Source of the DNA: Acidobacteriaceae bacterium
GTDB lineage: Bacteria; Acidobacteriota; Terriglobia; Terriglobales; Acidobacteriaceae
Reading direction: 5' to 3'
DNA length: 39,712 bases
NCBI GenBank assembly: GCA_003165935.1
Contig: PMXB01000039.1
Location: 3,713-43,424 of the forward strand
The notes under the pieces were generated by a model. That model searched no databases, was not told the DNA's origin, and saw only the letters and a program-made list of their open reading frames with translations. Position numbers and translations under genes: made by a program. The stretch's first letter is position 1; every line of letters begins with the position of its first letter. Below are positions 26,486 through 37,037 of the stretch, piece by piece.

Positions 26486-27391
26486 ATGCGCATAGCCGCT
26501 CTTCTGTTTGCCGCCGCTGTTTTTTCATCCGCCTTGGTGGCAGCTCAGACCACTCCGGTTGTGCCTCTGTCTATTCCAACGGCCATCTACACTGACCCGC
26601 CGGCAGACAAGGCCCATCCTGCCGCGATGGACGTGCTGCACATTCCCACCCACGGCCTGCTGATCAACGGCCTCATCTACCAGCCTGCGGGAGCAGGCCC
26701 GCACCCGACGCTCGTTATTTGCCACGGGCTTCCTGGCAATGAGAAGAATCTCGACCTGGCGCAGGCTGTGCGTCGCGCAGGCTGGAACGCTGTCACGTTC
26801 AACTATCGCGGTTCCTGGGGCAGCCCCGGTTCCTTCCGCTTCGCACAGAACATCGAGGACGCGAATGCTGTTCTTGTTTACCTGCGCGATCCGGCGAATG
26901 CCACACGGCTCGGCGTCGACCCCAAGCGCATTGCAATCGCCGGGCACAGCATGGGCGGGTGGGTGACGGCACATGTGGCCGCGCACGATCCTGCACTGAT
27001 TGGCGCAATTCTCATCAGCGCAGCGGACATGGGCGCCCTTGCTGAAAACCAGCCGAAGGCCGGCGTGGTTGCGGAAATGAACGGCGATATGGAGTCGCTT
27101 GCCGGTGCGACCGCGGAGAGCATGGCCGACGAAGTCATCGCCCACGCCAAGGAGTATCGCTTCAGCGGCAATGTTGATGGCCTGGGTCAGATTCCTTTGC
27201 TCGTTCTTTCAGCGGACGATGGACTCGCGCCCGAGACGGATGCGCTCGTCAAAGGACTTACGGGCAACGGAAGCAGGAAGGTGACTGCAATCCACGTCGC
27301 CACCGACCACAGTTGGTCCGATCACCGAATCTTCCTGGAGAGCACGATTATCACCTGGCTGGCGGCGCTCAACCAGGGTCAGCCCCGATGA
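26486..27391 (+). CDS. Secreted alpha/beta-fold hydrolase
   Basis: Signal peptide; HGLPG oxyanion motif, YRGSWGS, GHSMG nucleophile, and D (ADD) and H (TDHS) triad candidates. Confidence 0.88.
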   Translation: MRIAALLFAAAVFSSALVAAQTTPVVPLSIPTAIYTDPPADKAHPAAMDVLHIPTHGLLINGLIYQPAGAGPHPTLVICHGLPGNEKNLDLAQAVRRAGWNAVTFNYRGSWGSPGSFRFAQNIEDANAVLVYLRDPANATRLGVDPKRIAIAGHSMGGWVTAHVAAHDPALIGAILISAADMGALAENQPKAGVVAEMNGDMESLAGATAESMADEVIAHAKEYRFSGNVDGLGQIPLLVLSADDGLAPETDALVKGLTGNGSRKVTAIHVATDHSWSDHRIFLESTIITWLAALNQGQPR

Positions 27392-27830
27392 GGGCTGCGA
27401 CGCGGGGCCTGACTTCGATGAACAGGCCTTTGCCATGCGCCAGTTCTGACCCATGGACGTTCAGGATGCGAGCCTGCACCCAGTGCTTCCGGCCTTCACT
27501 GGAGAGGATTTTGCCCTCCAAACGAATTGCCGCGCCTGATGGAACTGGCCGCGGGTACTCGACTTCAAGTTTCCTTGTCATGGCTACCAGTCCACGCGCA
27601 CGAACGGCTTTGCTCATCGCTTCGTCGAGCAGGGTCGCGATGATGCCGCCATGCACATAACCCGGTGGCCCTTCAAAGTTGTCAGGGACCGTCGTCAGAC
27701 ACACCACCGACCCATCTTCTGCAAGTAGAAACTCCAGATGCAGTCCGCTCGGATTGGCTGGTCCGCATCCGAAGCAGCGATTTTGCGCCGCATGTGCCAT
27801 CGGCAACAGCTTTTCCGTGGTGTTCGTCAT
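27369..27830 (-). CDS. PaaI-family hotdog-fold thioesterase
   Basis: CFGCG..NP.GL and GYVHGGIIATLLDEAM motifs; ATG 27830 after GAGG. Confidence 0.9.
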   Translation of the reverse strand: MTNTTEKLLPMAHAAQNRCFGCGPANPSGLHLEFLLAEDGSVVCLTTVPDNFEGPPGYVHGGIIATLLDEAMSKAVRARGLVAMTRKLEVEYPRPVPSGAAIRLEGKILSSEGRKHWVQARILNVHGSELAHGKGLFIEVRPRVAALIGADPG

Positions 27831-27837
27831 CGCATCC

Positions 27838-28806
27838 TCATTCAAGCTCATCCGCCAGCACCCGCGCGTACACATCCATGTCAACGTTCCCGCCGGTCAC
27901 GGCAATCCCGATTCGCTTTCCATGATTTTGTTCCTTCTGTATAAGCGCCGCAGCTAACCCCGCCGCTCCTGCGCCCTCCACCAGATTGTGGGTGTCTACA
28001 TAGAGTGCCCGCATTGCCGCGGCAATCTCCTGGTCTGACACCTCTATTATCCTCGCGATGTTCCTCCAGATGATCTCCATTGCCTGTGCATTGGGTTTGC
28101 GGCAGGCCAGCCCATCGGCAATCCTTGTCTCGGACGGCGCCTCCACCACCTTGCGCTGGCTGAAACTCAGCGAATACGAGGGTGAAGCCTTGGACACCAC
28201 ACCCACAATCTCCGTCGCGAGACCGAGAGCGTTGCGCGCCGCAGCCATCCCGCAGATCGACGATCCAAGCCCGATCGGCACATAGACAGTGTCCAGCGGC
28301 GGTGTACCTTCGAGGAACTCTTTTGCGTAGGTCCCCGTTCCCATCAGGAGCTTCTCATGGAACGACTCGACCATTGCGTAACCGCGTTCGGCTGCCAACT
28401 CCGCGGCAAACTCGAGCGACTCCTGGAAGTCCTTCCCATGGACAATGAGCTCCGCGCCTTGCGCGGCCATCGCGCGATTTTTCTCTTTGCTGTTGCCATG
28501 GGGAACCACGATCAGGGCCTTCAATCCATGCAGTCGCGCAGCCATTCCCACGCCTTGACCATGGTTGCCTCGCGTGGCCGCAACAACACCTTCGAGCCCA
28601 GGCTGCGACTTCTTCAGCCAGTCCATGTAGACCAGTGCGCCGCGCAACTTGAACGCTCCAACAGGGGAGTGATTCTCGTGCTTCAACCAGGCCTCGGTCC
28701 CGAGCCGCTGATTCAGCAAAGGCCAGGTGTATTGCGGCGTCGGAGGCATGTGCGCATAGACAACGCGCTGCGCCTGCTCGATCACAGCTAAAGAGGGAAG
28801 TTCCAT
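27838..28806 (-). CDS. Threonine/serine dehydratase-family PLP enzyme (no regulatory ACT domain)
   Basis: KHEN.SP.GAFKLRG, TRGNHG, VPIGLGS, TRIADGL, EGAGA and TGGN motifs. Confidence 0.9.
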   Translation of the reverse strand: MELPSLAVIEQAQRVVYAHMPPTPQYTWPLLNQRLGTEAWLKHENHSPVGAFKLRGALVYMDWLKKSQPGLEGVVAATRGNHGQGVGMAARLHGLKALIVVPHGNSKEKNRAMAAQGAELIVHGKDFQESLEFAAELAAERGYAMVESFHEKLLMGTGTYAKEFLEGTPPLDTVYVPIGLGSSICGMAAARNALGLATEIVGVVSKASPSYSLSFSQRKVVEAPSETRIADGLACRKPNAQAMEIIWRNIARIIEVSDQEIAAAMRALYVDTHNLVEGAGAAGLAAALIQKEQNHGKRIGIAVTGGNVDMDVYARVLADELE

Positions 28807-28922
28807 GCCTCAAGAATAACGAACCCATACCGGCCCGAACGCAAAACACATCGGAGCGATTGCCTTGCCGCACGAACCGCATTGCTGCGGGAAGCTTCGC
28901 CTCCCATGCTAGATTGACTTTC

Positions 28923-29438
28923 ATGGCGGCCAGAATTCGCAGGGCGAACCGGGAAGACGCAGCCGCTATTGCCCGTGTACAGGTAGCAAGTTGGCGAACG
29001 ACCTACGCCGGCCTTATTCCCAAGTCATTTCTTGCGGCCATGCAAGCAGAGGAACGTGCCCGCCAGTGGGACCTGCTCATTGAGGCAGGGAAGGATGTCT
29101 TCTTCGTCGCCGAAGATGAGAGAGGCGTCTTCGGTTTCATATCGGGAGGCCCGATCCGCGAGGCACTCGCCGGTTACGACGCCGAACTCCACACCATTTA
29201 TCTCCTGCGCGAACGCCAGGGCAGTGGTATTGGCCGGCTTCTGGTCGAGACCCTCGTCCGCGACCTGCGCGCTGGCGGGTTCCGGAGTATGGTCGTCTGG
29301 GTTCTCGCGCAAAATCCCGCCGTACAGTTCTACGAGCGTTTGGGCGCAATCGAGATATCCCGCCGAGATGTCGATATCGGTGGTGCTTTGCTCGACGATC
29401 GCGTAATGGGCTGGCCGGACCTCAGCCTTTCCTTCTAG
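28923..29438 (+). CDS. GNAT family N-acetyltransferase
   Basis: SWRTTY, IYLL..RQGSGIG and WVL..NPA..FYERLG motifs. Confidence 0.9.
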   Translation: MAARIRRANREDAAAIARVQVASWRTTYAGLIPKSFLAAMQAEERARQWDLLIEAGKDVFFVAEDERGVFGFISGGPIREALAGYDAELHTIYLLRERQGSGIGRLLVETLVRDLRAGGFRSMVVWVLAQNPAVQFYERLGAIEISRRDVDIGGALLDDRVMGWPDLSLSF

Positions 29439-29570
29439 AATCCATTTGTTACAGCATGGGCGGTCTTCTCTACCGCGAATCCAAGAATCAGCGCTGTCCC
29501 TTTTTCCCGGCACCCCTGGCCACCCTAACCGATCAACAAAAAATCAAACCCATCGGAGGTTCCAACGATC

Positions 29571-30311
<741 letters not shown>

Positions 30312-30321
30312 GGCCCATCGA

Positions 30322-30705
30322 ATGAATGGCTGGGGCCATGGAAGTCCTCAAACTCAGAGCAGCGGACTCGGTGCCGGTGCGGGACTGGTTCTCTGCCTCG
30401 GCCTTCTGCTGGCCGGCTGCCGCGAAGCGCCTCAACTCACCCCGCAGGAGGAGGCAGGGAAGCACCTCTACCAGGTGCGCTGTGCCCATTGCCACGAGGA
30501 CAACGACCTCGCCCTCAAGAAGGTTCCTCCCGACCTGCACGGCCTCTTTGACCGAAAGACCCTCCCCAGCGGCATCCCAATCTCCGACGAGGCCGTCCGG
30601 CAGAATGTCTTGAACGGTCGCGGCATGATGCCCGGCTTTGTCGGCCGCTTTGACCAGGAGCAAATGACCGACCTCATCGCCTACCTCCATACCGGACTTC
30701 GATAG
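30322..30705 (+). CDS. Monoheme cytochrome c lipoprotein
   Basis: Lipobox LLAGC, CAHCH, PDL.GLF and a distal Met candidate in GMMPGF. Confidence 0.85.
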   Translation: MNGWGHGSPQTQSSGLGAGAGLVLCLGLLLAGCREAPQLTPQEEAGKHLYQVRCAHCHEDNDLALKKVPPDLHGLFDRKTLPSGIPISDEAVRQNVLNGRGMMPGFVGRFDQEQMTDLIAYLHTGLR

Positions 30706-30747
30706 CGGTCGCGGGCAATTCACGCTCACGCTATACTGGGGATTGTT

Positions 30748-32067
30748 ATGGCAACCGAGAAAACCTTCTACCTTGAGACCTTCGGCTGCCAAATGAACGC
30801 CCATGACTCTGAGAAGGTCATTGGCACATTGCAGCAGCAAGGTTACCGCCAGGTTGAGGCAGAGGCGGACGCCAGCCTGATTCTGTACAACACCTGTTCC
30901 ATCCGCGACAAGGCAGAGCAGAAGGTCTTCAACCGCCTCAACGACTACAAGAAGCTGTACAAGCAAGGAAAGCGCTTCGGCGTTCTCGGTTGCGTCGCCC
31001 AGCAGGAAGGCGAGAAGATCTTCGAGCGCGCCCCCTACGTGTCCCTGGTCTCTGGTTCCGCGTCCTACCGCAAGCTGCCCGAGATGCTAAGCCGCCTTGA
31101 AGCAGGGGAGTCCCGGATCACTGGCCTGGACGACCGCCAGACCGACCAGACCTTCGAGACCGAGTTCACCTCCCGCCAGAACCCTTACCGGGGGTACATC
31201 ACCATCATCGAAGGCTGCGACAAATTCTGCTCCTACTGCGTCGTGCCGTATACCCGGGGCAAGGAGCGCAGCCGGTCCAGCTCTTCCGTCCTTGGTGAGG
31301 CCCGCCGCATCGCCGACCTGGGATACACCGAGATTCAGCTCCTGGGCCAGAACGTGAACAGCTACCGCGACCCGGAAGGGAAGTTGAGCTTCGCTGAGCT
31401 GCTTGCGGCTGTGGGCCAGGTCGCCGGTATCCGCCGGGTCCGATTCACGACCAGCCACCCGCGCCACTTCACCCGGGACATCGTTGAGGCTATCGACGCC
31501 TACCCGACCCTTTGCGACCACGTACACCTGCCGGTCCAGTCCGGTTCGGCCCGTATCCTCAAAGCCATGGCCAGGGAGTACACCCCCGACTGGTACCTGG
31601 AGAGGATTGGCTGGATCAAGGCCTCCCGGCGGCAGATATCCCTCTCGACTGACATCATCGTTGGTTTTCCGGGGGAGACGGCCGACGACTTCATTCAAAC
31701 CATGGACCTGCTGGCCGAGGTGGAGTACGATTGCGTCTTCGGTTTCAAGTATTCGGCTCGGCCGAACACACCGGCCCTGGTGATGATCGACTCCATCCCC
31801 GAGGCAGAGAAAGCGCATCGACTTCAAGTATTGCTTGATCGACAGCGTGAGATTCAAAGAGTCAATTATGCCAAACACTTAAGGGAAGTTCTTGAAGTGA
31901 TGGTCGAGGGCGTTAATCCGGCGCGAGGCCAGGTAACCGGCCGCAGTTCGCAGAACAAGCCGGTGAACTTCACTACATCTCAGGTTATTGCGCCGGCCCC
32001 CGGCACTTACCTTCAGGTCAGGATCACGGCAACTCACCCCAACAGTTTGGTAGGGGAAGCCGTCTAA
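30748..32067 (+). CDS. miaB: tRNA-2-methylthio-N6-dimethylallyladenosine synthase
   Basis: TFGCQMNAHDSE, NTCSIR.KAE, GCVAQ, EGCDKFCSYCVVP (radical SAM) and TDIIVGFPGET motifs, plus a C-terminal TRAM domain. Confidence 0.96.
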   Translation: MATEKTFYLETFGCQMNAHDSEKVIGTLQQQGYRQVEAEADASLILYNTCSIRDKAEQKVFNRLNDYKKLYKQGKRFGVLGCVAQQEGEKIFERAPYVSLVSGSASYRKLPEMLSRLEAGESRITGLDDRQTDQTFETEFTSRQNPYRGYITIIEGCDKFCSYCVVPYTRGKERSRSSSSVLGEARRIADLGYTEIQLLGQNVNSYRDPEGKLSFAELLAAVGQVAGIRRVRFTTSHPRHFTRDIVEAIDAYPTLCDHVHLPVQSGSARILKAMAREYTPDWYLERIGWIKASRRQISLSTDIIVGFPGETADDFIQTMDLLAEVEYDCVFGFKYSARPNTPALVMIDSIPEAEKAHRLQVLLDRQREIQRVNYAKHLREVLEVMVEGVNPARGQVTGRSSQNKPVNFTTSQVIAPAPGTYLQVRITATHPNSLVGEAV

Positions 32068-32102
32068 CGGTTCCAGAAAAACAGCAGGCAGGGAAGAAGG
32101 TC

Positions 32103-32594
32103 GTGATGGATGTTGAGGTTCGAATCCGCGGATTGATGATGGACCCTTCCACGAATATGCCTATCGTCGTGCTCAAGGATGTGGGCTCCGACACTGTCAT
32201 GCCGATCTGGGTCGGGGTCTTCGAGGCAAATGCGATTCTGATTGAGATCGAGAAAGTCTCGGCACCGCGTCCAATGACTCACGACTTGACCAAGAACCTC
32301 ATTCAGTACTTGAATGCTCGTCTGGAACGTGTTGTTATCAATGAGCTTAGAGATGACACGTTCCTCGCCTCGCTCTGGCTGAGGCAGGGAGGCGAGGCGG
32401 TGATGGTGGATGCCCGCCCGTCCGACGCGATCGCGCTGGCGCTACGCGCCGATTGCCCGATCTACGTCTCAGAGCAGGTGCTACAGACAGCCAGGCTCAA
32501 CCCTCACGGACAACCTGAGGGGCCTGCGGCAGAGCAACTGCGTGGATGGCTCGAAGGGCTTAACGACGAGGATCTGGGCCGGTACAAGATGTAA
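32103..32594 (+). CDS. Bifunctional nuclease family protein (DUF151)
   Basis: PIWVG.FEA, RPMTHDL and DARPSDAIALALR motifs. Confidence 0.92.
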   Translation: MMDVEVRIRGLMMDPSTNMPIVVLKDVGSDTVMPIWVGVFEANAILIEIEKVSAPRPMTHDLTKNLIQYLNARLERVVINELRDDTFLASLWLRQGGEAVMVDARPSDAIALALRADCPIYVSEQVLQTARLNPHGQPEGPAAEQLRGWLEGLNDEDLGRYKM

Positions 32595-32661
32595 TCGCCG
32601 CAGGGCATCAGGGGCTAAAGGAGAGGGGCCTTGGCGGCCACATTCTTTGTGTTCGACTTGC

Positions 32662-32689
32662 ACTATACAGAATATCTGTTATCAGACAT
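32662..32689 (-). other. dif-like XerC/XerD site
   Basis: Minus strand ATGTCTGATAA-CAGATA-TTCTGTATAGT in an 11-6-11 layout, in an AT-rich spacer between convergent genes. Confidence 0.5.
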
Positions 32690-32738
32690 TGCCGATAGAT
32701 TTGGATAAGCACTTGAAGTTCCGTCTATCTATTAAGAA

Positions 32739-33590
32739 TCAACGACTTACATGGCCAAAGTAAACCGGCGCCTGCGGCCCGCTGTGAGCCTGCCCTTCCG
32801 TTGATACGGGAACGTAAGCCCAGTCGGTTGCATGACTTACGGTCCGCATTCGTGCATGCGGGACAACGATGCTGGCCATAATCAGCGAGCAGTTTGCGTC
32901 CTGATCACACTTGTAATGGACATTCGACGGCGTCTCCTGCGGACGAACTATTGAAGCTTCGCCGGGAGCCTTATCCACAACGAACAATCCGGAGCCATCC
33001 GTCGAGACCACGCCGGACTGCGCGTCATAAGCAACGGCGGTCTGATCGCCCTCGATGGTGAACCGGAAGCGGTTATCGGGCATCTCCAGCCTGGCTTCTT
33101 CGATCAGTGGCTGTGGCTTGGACTTGAGGAATGAGAGGGTCTGAAAGGCGCTTCTATGCCGGAGTCCGTGCCGGTGGCGGAGTCGTCCCCGAAACCCGGT
33201 GAGCGACGTCCGAACGAGCCGAGGCTGATGCACCTGGCTGGCAGTCGCTGTTTCGGCGGCGGGGGTTGCCTTGACAGCGGAATTCTCTGTCAATTTGGGC
33301 GCACTAACGGTGGCCTGGACGGCCGGGACCGTCTGGGTCGGTTGTTGAGGTTGTGGCTTCGCGACTGCGGCCGTAGTTGTGACGCCAGTTGCCGGAGTTG
33401 GGCTCACGGCTGCCGAAGCATCCGAAGGAAGAGTCCTTCCGGCCAGAAAGACCCCCACCCCAATACCAAGTCCAGTTCCAACCACTGCAACCAGGACCGC
33501 CTGCAACGTCTTCTCCGCTGGCGACGCCACCTTCTTGAGGACCGGTGGATGATAAGCGAGCTCCTCTTGCAATCGGGGCCTGGGCATCAT
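32739..33590 (-). CDS. Hypothetical single-pass membrane protein
   Basis: SD-preceded ATG, one TM segment, Ala/Thr/Pro/Gln linker, basic patch, and a C-terminal beta-rich region with a Cys pair (CDQDANC). Confidence 0.7.
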   Translation of the reverse strand: MMPRPRLQEELAYHPPVLKKVASPAEKTLQAVLVAVVGTGLGIGVGVFLAGRTLPSDASAAVSPTPATGVTTTAAVAKPQPQQPTQTVPAVQATVSAPKLTENSAVKATPAAETATASQVHQPRLVRTSLTGFRGRLRHRHGLRHRSAFQTLSFLKSKPQPLIEEARLEMPDNRFRFTIEGDQTAVAYDAQSGVVSTDGSGLFVVDKAPGEASIVRPQETPSNVHYKCDQDANCSLIMASIVVPHARMRTVSHATDWAYVPVSTEGQAHSGPQAPVYFGHVSR

Positions 33591-33904
33591 GGTAAGAACT
33601 CTCCTCCCGGCGTAATTCGGCAGACGCGAAACCCACGATTCGCCTCAGCCAGGTACCACGCTCTTGGGTTGCCCCTAGAATGCGCCCGGATCATCCACCA
33701 GCCAATAGCACTTTCGGTCAGAAAGGCCTGCGTTTTCAACCGGCTTGGTAACCCCCGGAATCCGCATTTCGGTAACTAGCGAAGGGTCTGGGAACCTTTC
33801 CGCAATTGGGGGGGGCCCAAAATCCGGCTTTGGAGATTCTCCCAGGCACACAGGATGGCACCCAGAGCGACGAATTCCCTGCCCCGTCGAGATTAGAAAG
33901 TACC

Positions 33905-34966
33905 TCAGTTTCGAATTGAAACCAGCAATCCTTCGATCTCGGCCTTCTCCTGGGCCGTCACCGACAAAAGAGGTGACCGGGCACGTCCGCCGAAGTACCC
34001 ATTCAAGTCGCAGGCCGCCTTCACGCCACTGATCCCGAGCTGCCCTACGATCCTTTGACTCACGGCCGCAATCCGCTCCTGCTTGGCCAGTGCCAGTTCC
34101 ATGTCGTGATCCTTCCAGGCCAGGTAGACCTCCTGGCAGGCCTGCGGTGCGCACGCTCCGAACCCGAGAACCGCACCGCTCGCCCCCGACTTGAGCGAGT
34201 CAAGCAACGTGGCCGCCGAGCCCGTAAGCACTTGAAAACCAATCTCTTTGGTCCGTGTTTTCATTGGCGCAACAGGAGCAGACGATGCCATGGCGACCCC
34301 AATACCGCCTGCCAAGTCACCTGCGGCAACAAAGGTCGCGTCTCCCTCGGCCTTCGCTACCAGCATCCGGTCTGTCACAGCCTCAAAGACGGGTGTCACG
34401 CTCACCGTCCGCTTTGGGGTCTCAGCGGTCGCATCCACGGCAGCCTTGATGCGCTCAAGGCTGCCGCTTGAGTCCTTGATTCCAATAATGTTCGGGTGAA
34501 AGGCCAGCTCGGCGATGACTTCGATTGGAATCGAATATGGCACACAGCGAGGGATGTTATAGAGGAGCACTGGAAGGGGTGAACGGTCAGCCACACTGCG
34601 GAAATAGTGCAACACCGCTGCCGTAGACATCTGGCTGGCATAGTAGGTAGGCGTCCGCACCAGAACGGCGTCATACCGAAACCGGGCCGCTGCATCGGCC
34701 AGTTCCAGGGTGGCCTTGACGCTCTCTTTGCCCACACCGGCAATCAGCACTTTTTCCGGGGCGGCTGCCTCCGCCGCCACACGCAGCACGTCAATCGACT
34801 CCTGATCGTTCAGCGCGACGGCCTCGCCTGTCGAACCAAGCAAAAGCATCCCGGAGAGCAGGCTGCGCGAATACCGAGCCATGTTGGCTTCGAGCTTTCT
34901 AAAGTAGACGCGCTCGTCCGGATAGAACGGCGTGGGGACCGCGGCGAAGATTCCTTCCATCAGCAT
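33905..34966 (-). CDS. DapA/DHDPS-family class I aldolase (HOGA-like) with an internal insertion
   Basis: GIFAAVPTPF, GSTGE, TPTYY, ADRSPLPVLLYNIP and HPNIIGIKDSSG motifs. Confidence 0.88.
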   Translation of the reverse strand: MLMEGIFAAVPTPFYPDERVYFRKLEANMARYSRSLLSGMLLLGSTGEAVALNDQESIDVLRVAAEAAAPEKVLIAGVGKESVKATLELADAAARFRYDAVLVRTPTYYASQMSTAAVLHYFRSVADRSPLPVLLYNIPRCVPYSIPIEVIAELAFHPNIIGIKDSSGSLERIKAAVDATAETPKRTVSVTPVFEAVTDRMLVAKAEGDATFVAAGDLAGGIGVAMASSAPVAPMKTRTKEIGFQVLTGSAATLLDSLKSGASGAVLGFGACAPQACQEVYLAWKDHDMELALAKQERIAAVSQRIVGQLGISGVKAACDLNGYFGGRARSPLLSVTAQEKAEIEGLLVSIRN

Positions 34967-35110
34967 GGTCCCATTGTAGAACCAGCAGCGCGACCATTCT
35001 CATTCCCAGGTCACCGTGCCCCTAAGGAGGAATTGTTCCTGGCACGCCCAAGTCCTATCTTGAATAAGCTATAGTGTTTAGCCAGAATCGATTCTTACGG
35101 AGCGGGCAAC

Positions 35111-35590
35111 ATGGACTCACTCGTACAAGCGGATCAGGAAGAGCCGGTCCAGGCCAGTTTGCCGCATCAGGCCTTCTGGTTCTTCATCCATTCATTTCTC
35201 GGCATCGCTGCCTGGGCATTGCTCATGCTTCTCGGCTATATCATTCAGCCTGCTGGGGTTCCGCAGACTTTGATCCTGCTTTTCTCCATCCTTATCCCGC
35301 TCGGCGCCGGCTTTCTCGTCAACACGTTCCGCCAGGACGAGATGGCCACGCTGGTCTGGCTCCTCGGCCTCACATGGATACTCATCATCGCCCTTTGGAT
35401 ACTGGATATGCCTACCGGGCCGAATGCATGCTTTCAATGCGATGCAACCGAAAAGATCACCCGCACCTTCTTCAGCCTGCCCAGCGCAAGCGGCTTGATC
35501 GACGACGACGGCCCCTTTCTTGGCACCTGGCCCGCCGCTGCCCTCTTTGGTTACGCCCTCGGCGCGAGGTTAGCCATGCGGAAGCGTTGA
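35111..35590 (+). CDS. Hypothetical membrane protein (about 4 TM, loop with CxxC)
   Basis: SD GGAG; hydrophobic helices; loop NACFQCD. Confidence 0.7.
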   Translation: MDSLVQADQEEPVQASLPHQAFWFFIHSFLGIAAWALLMLLGYIIQPAGVPQTLILLFSILIPLGAGFLVNTFRQDEMATLVWLLGLTWILIIALWILDMPTGPNACFQCDATEKITRTFFSLPSASGLIDDDGPFLGTWPAAALFGYALGARLAMRKR

Positions 35591-35919
35591 GGTCATCCAA
35601 TCGAGCGGCGCGGTTTGTTCCCGAGTCTAAACATTCTTCGAAATCCAGAATTCAGATTTGCGGTCGAGTCTCGCGCATGCGGTTCTCTACCCGACTCACG
35701 CCCCCATTCAGATCCCTTCACTTGGAACATCTCTTTGCTTCGACAAATGAGGGTTCGTGAATGCCCCGCCGCGTAACGTCCCGCTTCAGTACCATCAGAC
35801 GAGATATTGGAGAGAGTGCTGCCGGCTTCCCGGCCCGGGAATGGGTGTCGCCCCAACAGGGTTTACCAAATTTAGCTTTGCTATATTGAGTCCAGCGCTG
35901 CTGATCGGAAGGAGGCTTC

Positions 35920-36651
35920 ATGTCGGGAACGAAAGCCGCCGATGGCGTAGGCCTCCAACGGGCTTATTATGCCAGCACAGCGCAGAAATATGACGAAATG
36001 CATGTGGAGGAAGCCGACGAGCACAGCTTCGCATTGCAATTCATGATCTCGATCCTTGAGCAGTTTGGCATTCAATCAATCCTTGATATTGGCAGCGGGA
36101 CGGGGCGTGCGTTGATAAGAGTCAGGGACAGCGTGCCGAATATCTCGATCACCGGCGTCGAGCCTTCCGCAGAGCTGCGACGCATTGGGCATGGAAAAGG
36201 CTTGTTGGAAACACAGCTTATCGACGGCGATGCGATGAATCTCAAATTTGCAGATGGTTCTTTTGACCTCGCCTGCGAATACGGCGCACTGCACCATATC
36301 CCGGAGCCATCAAAAGCAGTAGCCGAGATGCTGCGTGTGTCTCGCAAGGCCATATTCATCTCGGATGTCAACAACTTCGGACAGGGTGGCAGGGCCCAGC
36401 GATTGATAAAGCAGTCAATTAATGCCGTAGGACTATGGCCTTTTGCAAATCTAATCAAGACGAAGGGAAAAGGGTACTCAATCAGCGAAGGCGACGGCTT
36501 GTTTTACTCCTACTCCGTATTCGGCAACTATAGGCAGATCTCCAAGGAGTGCGAGTCGGTCCATATGCTCAGCACGGTGAACTCGGGACCGAATCTATAT
36601 CGCACGGCATCCCATGTGGCGTTGCTCGGGATTAAACGTCGAGCCGACTGA
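35920..36651 (+). CDS. Class I SAM-dependent methyltransferase
   Basis: ILDIGSGTG, GVEPS, GDAMNL.F.DGSFD and LHHI motifs; SD AAGGAGG. Confidence 0.9.
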   Translation: MSGTKAADGVGLQRAYYASTAQKYDEMHVEEADEHSFALQFMISILEQFGIQSILDIGSGTGRALIRVRDSVPNISITGVEPSAELRRIGHGKGLLETQLIDGDAMNLKFADGSFDLACEYGALHHIPEPSKAVAEMLRVSRKAIFISDVNNFGQGGRAQRLIKQSINAVGLWPFANLIKTKGKGYSISEGDGLFYSYSVFGNYRQISKECESVHMLSTVNSGPNLYRTASHVALLGIKRRAD

Positions 36652-37037
36652 AATACACGGCGGATTCACGATTTTTGCTCGCAAGGCCCTAAGAAGCTAC
36701 ATCTGCCTTGCTTGGCTGGTTCCGAATGAAACGCGATAAACTCCAATCTGTAGTCATAGTTTCCCAGTTAAAATCCGCATCGCGATGTATGTCCGCCTAC
36801 CGTTCCTTTCTGTCTTTTTGCCGGTGTCCAAGCTTATCGGCCTGATTGAGTACGAAGTCCGATTCGTCGGCACTTGGCCTGTCCCTGCTCCCTCCCTTCT
36901 AAACCAAGTCTCAACGCTGCTTAGCGGGGGGAGGCCGGAACCCATTCAAGCCGGGGGCATCTCGATTTGACTCAATTCAGGCTAGTCGCTTCTGTGATTC
37001 ATTCGTTGGTTCTTCAAATCGTGGAACAATCGGTCAT

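Noticed and set aside
33700-33790. c-di-GMP-I riboswitch, suggested by GGGGTTACC on the minus strand
   Set aside because: The GGCAAAC, GAAA-tetraloop and GACGCAAAG core elements are not present in the right order.
35040-35055. TGGCACG sigma-54 -24 element upstream of the membrane protein gene
   Set aside because: The -12 position reads TC rather than GC.
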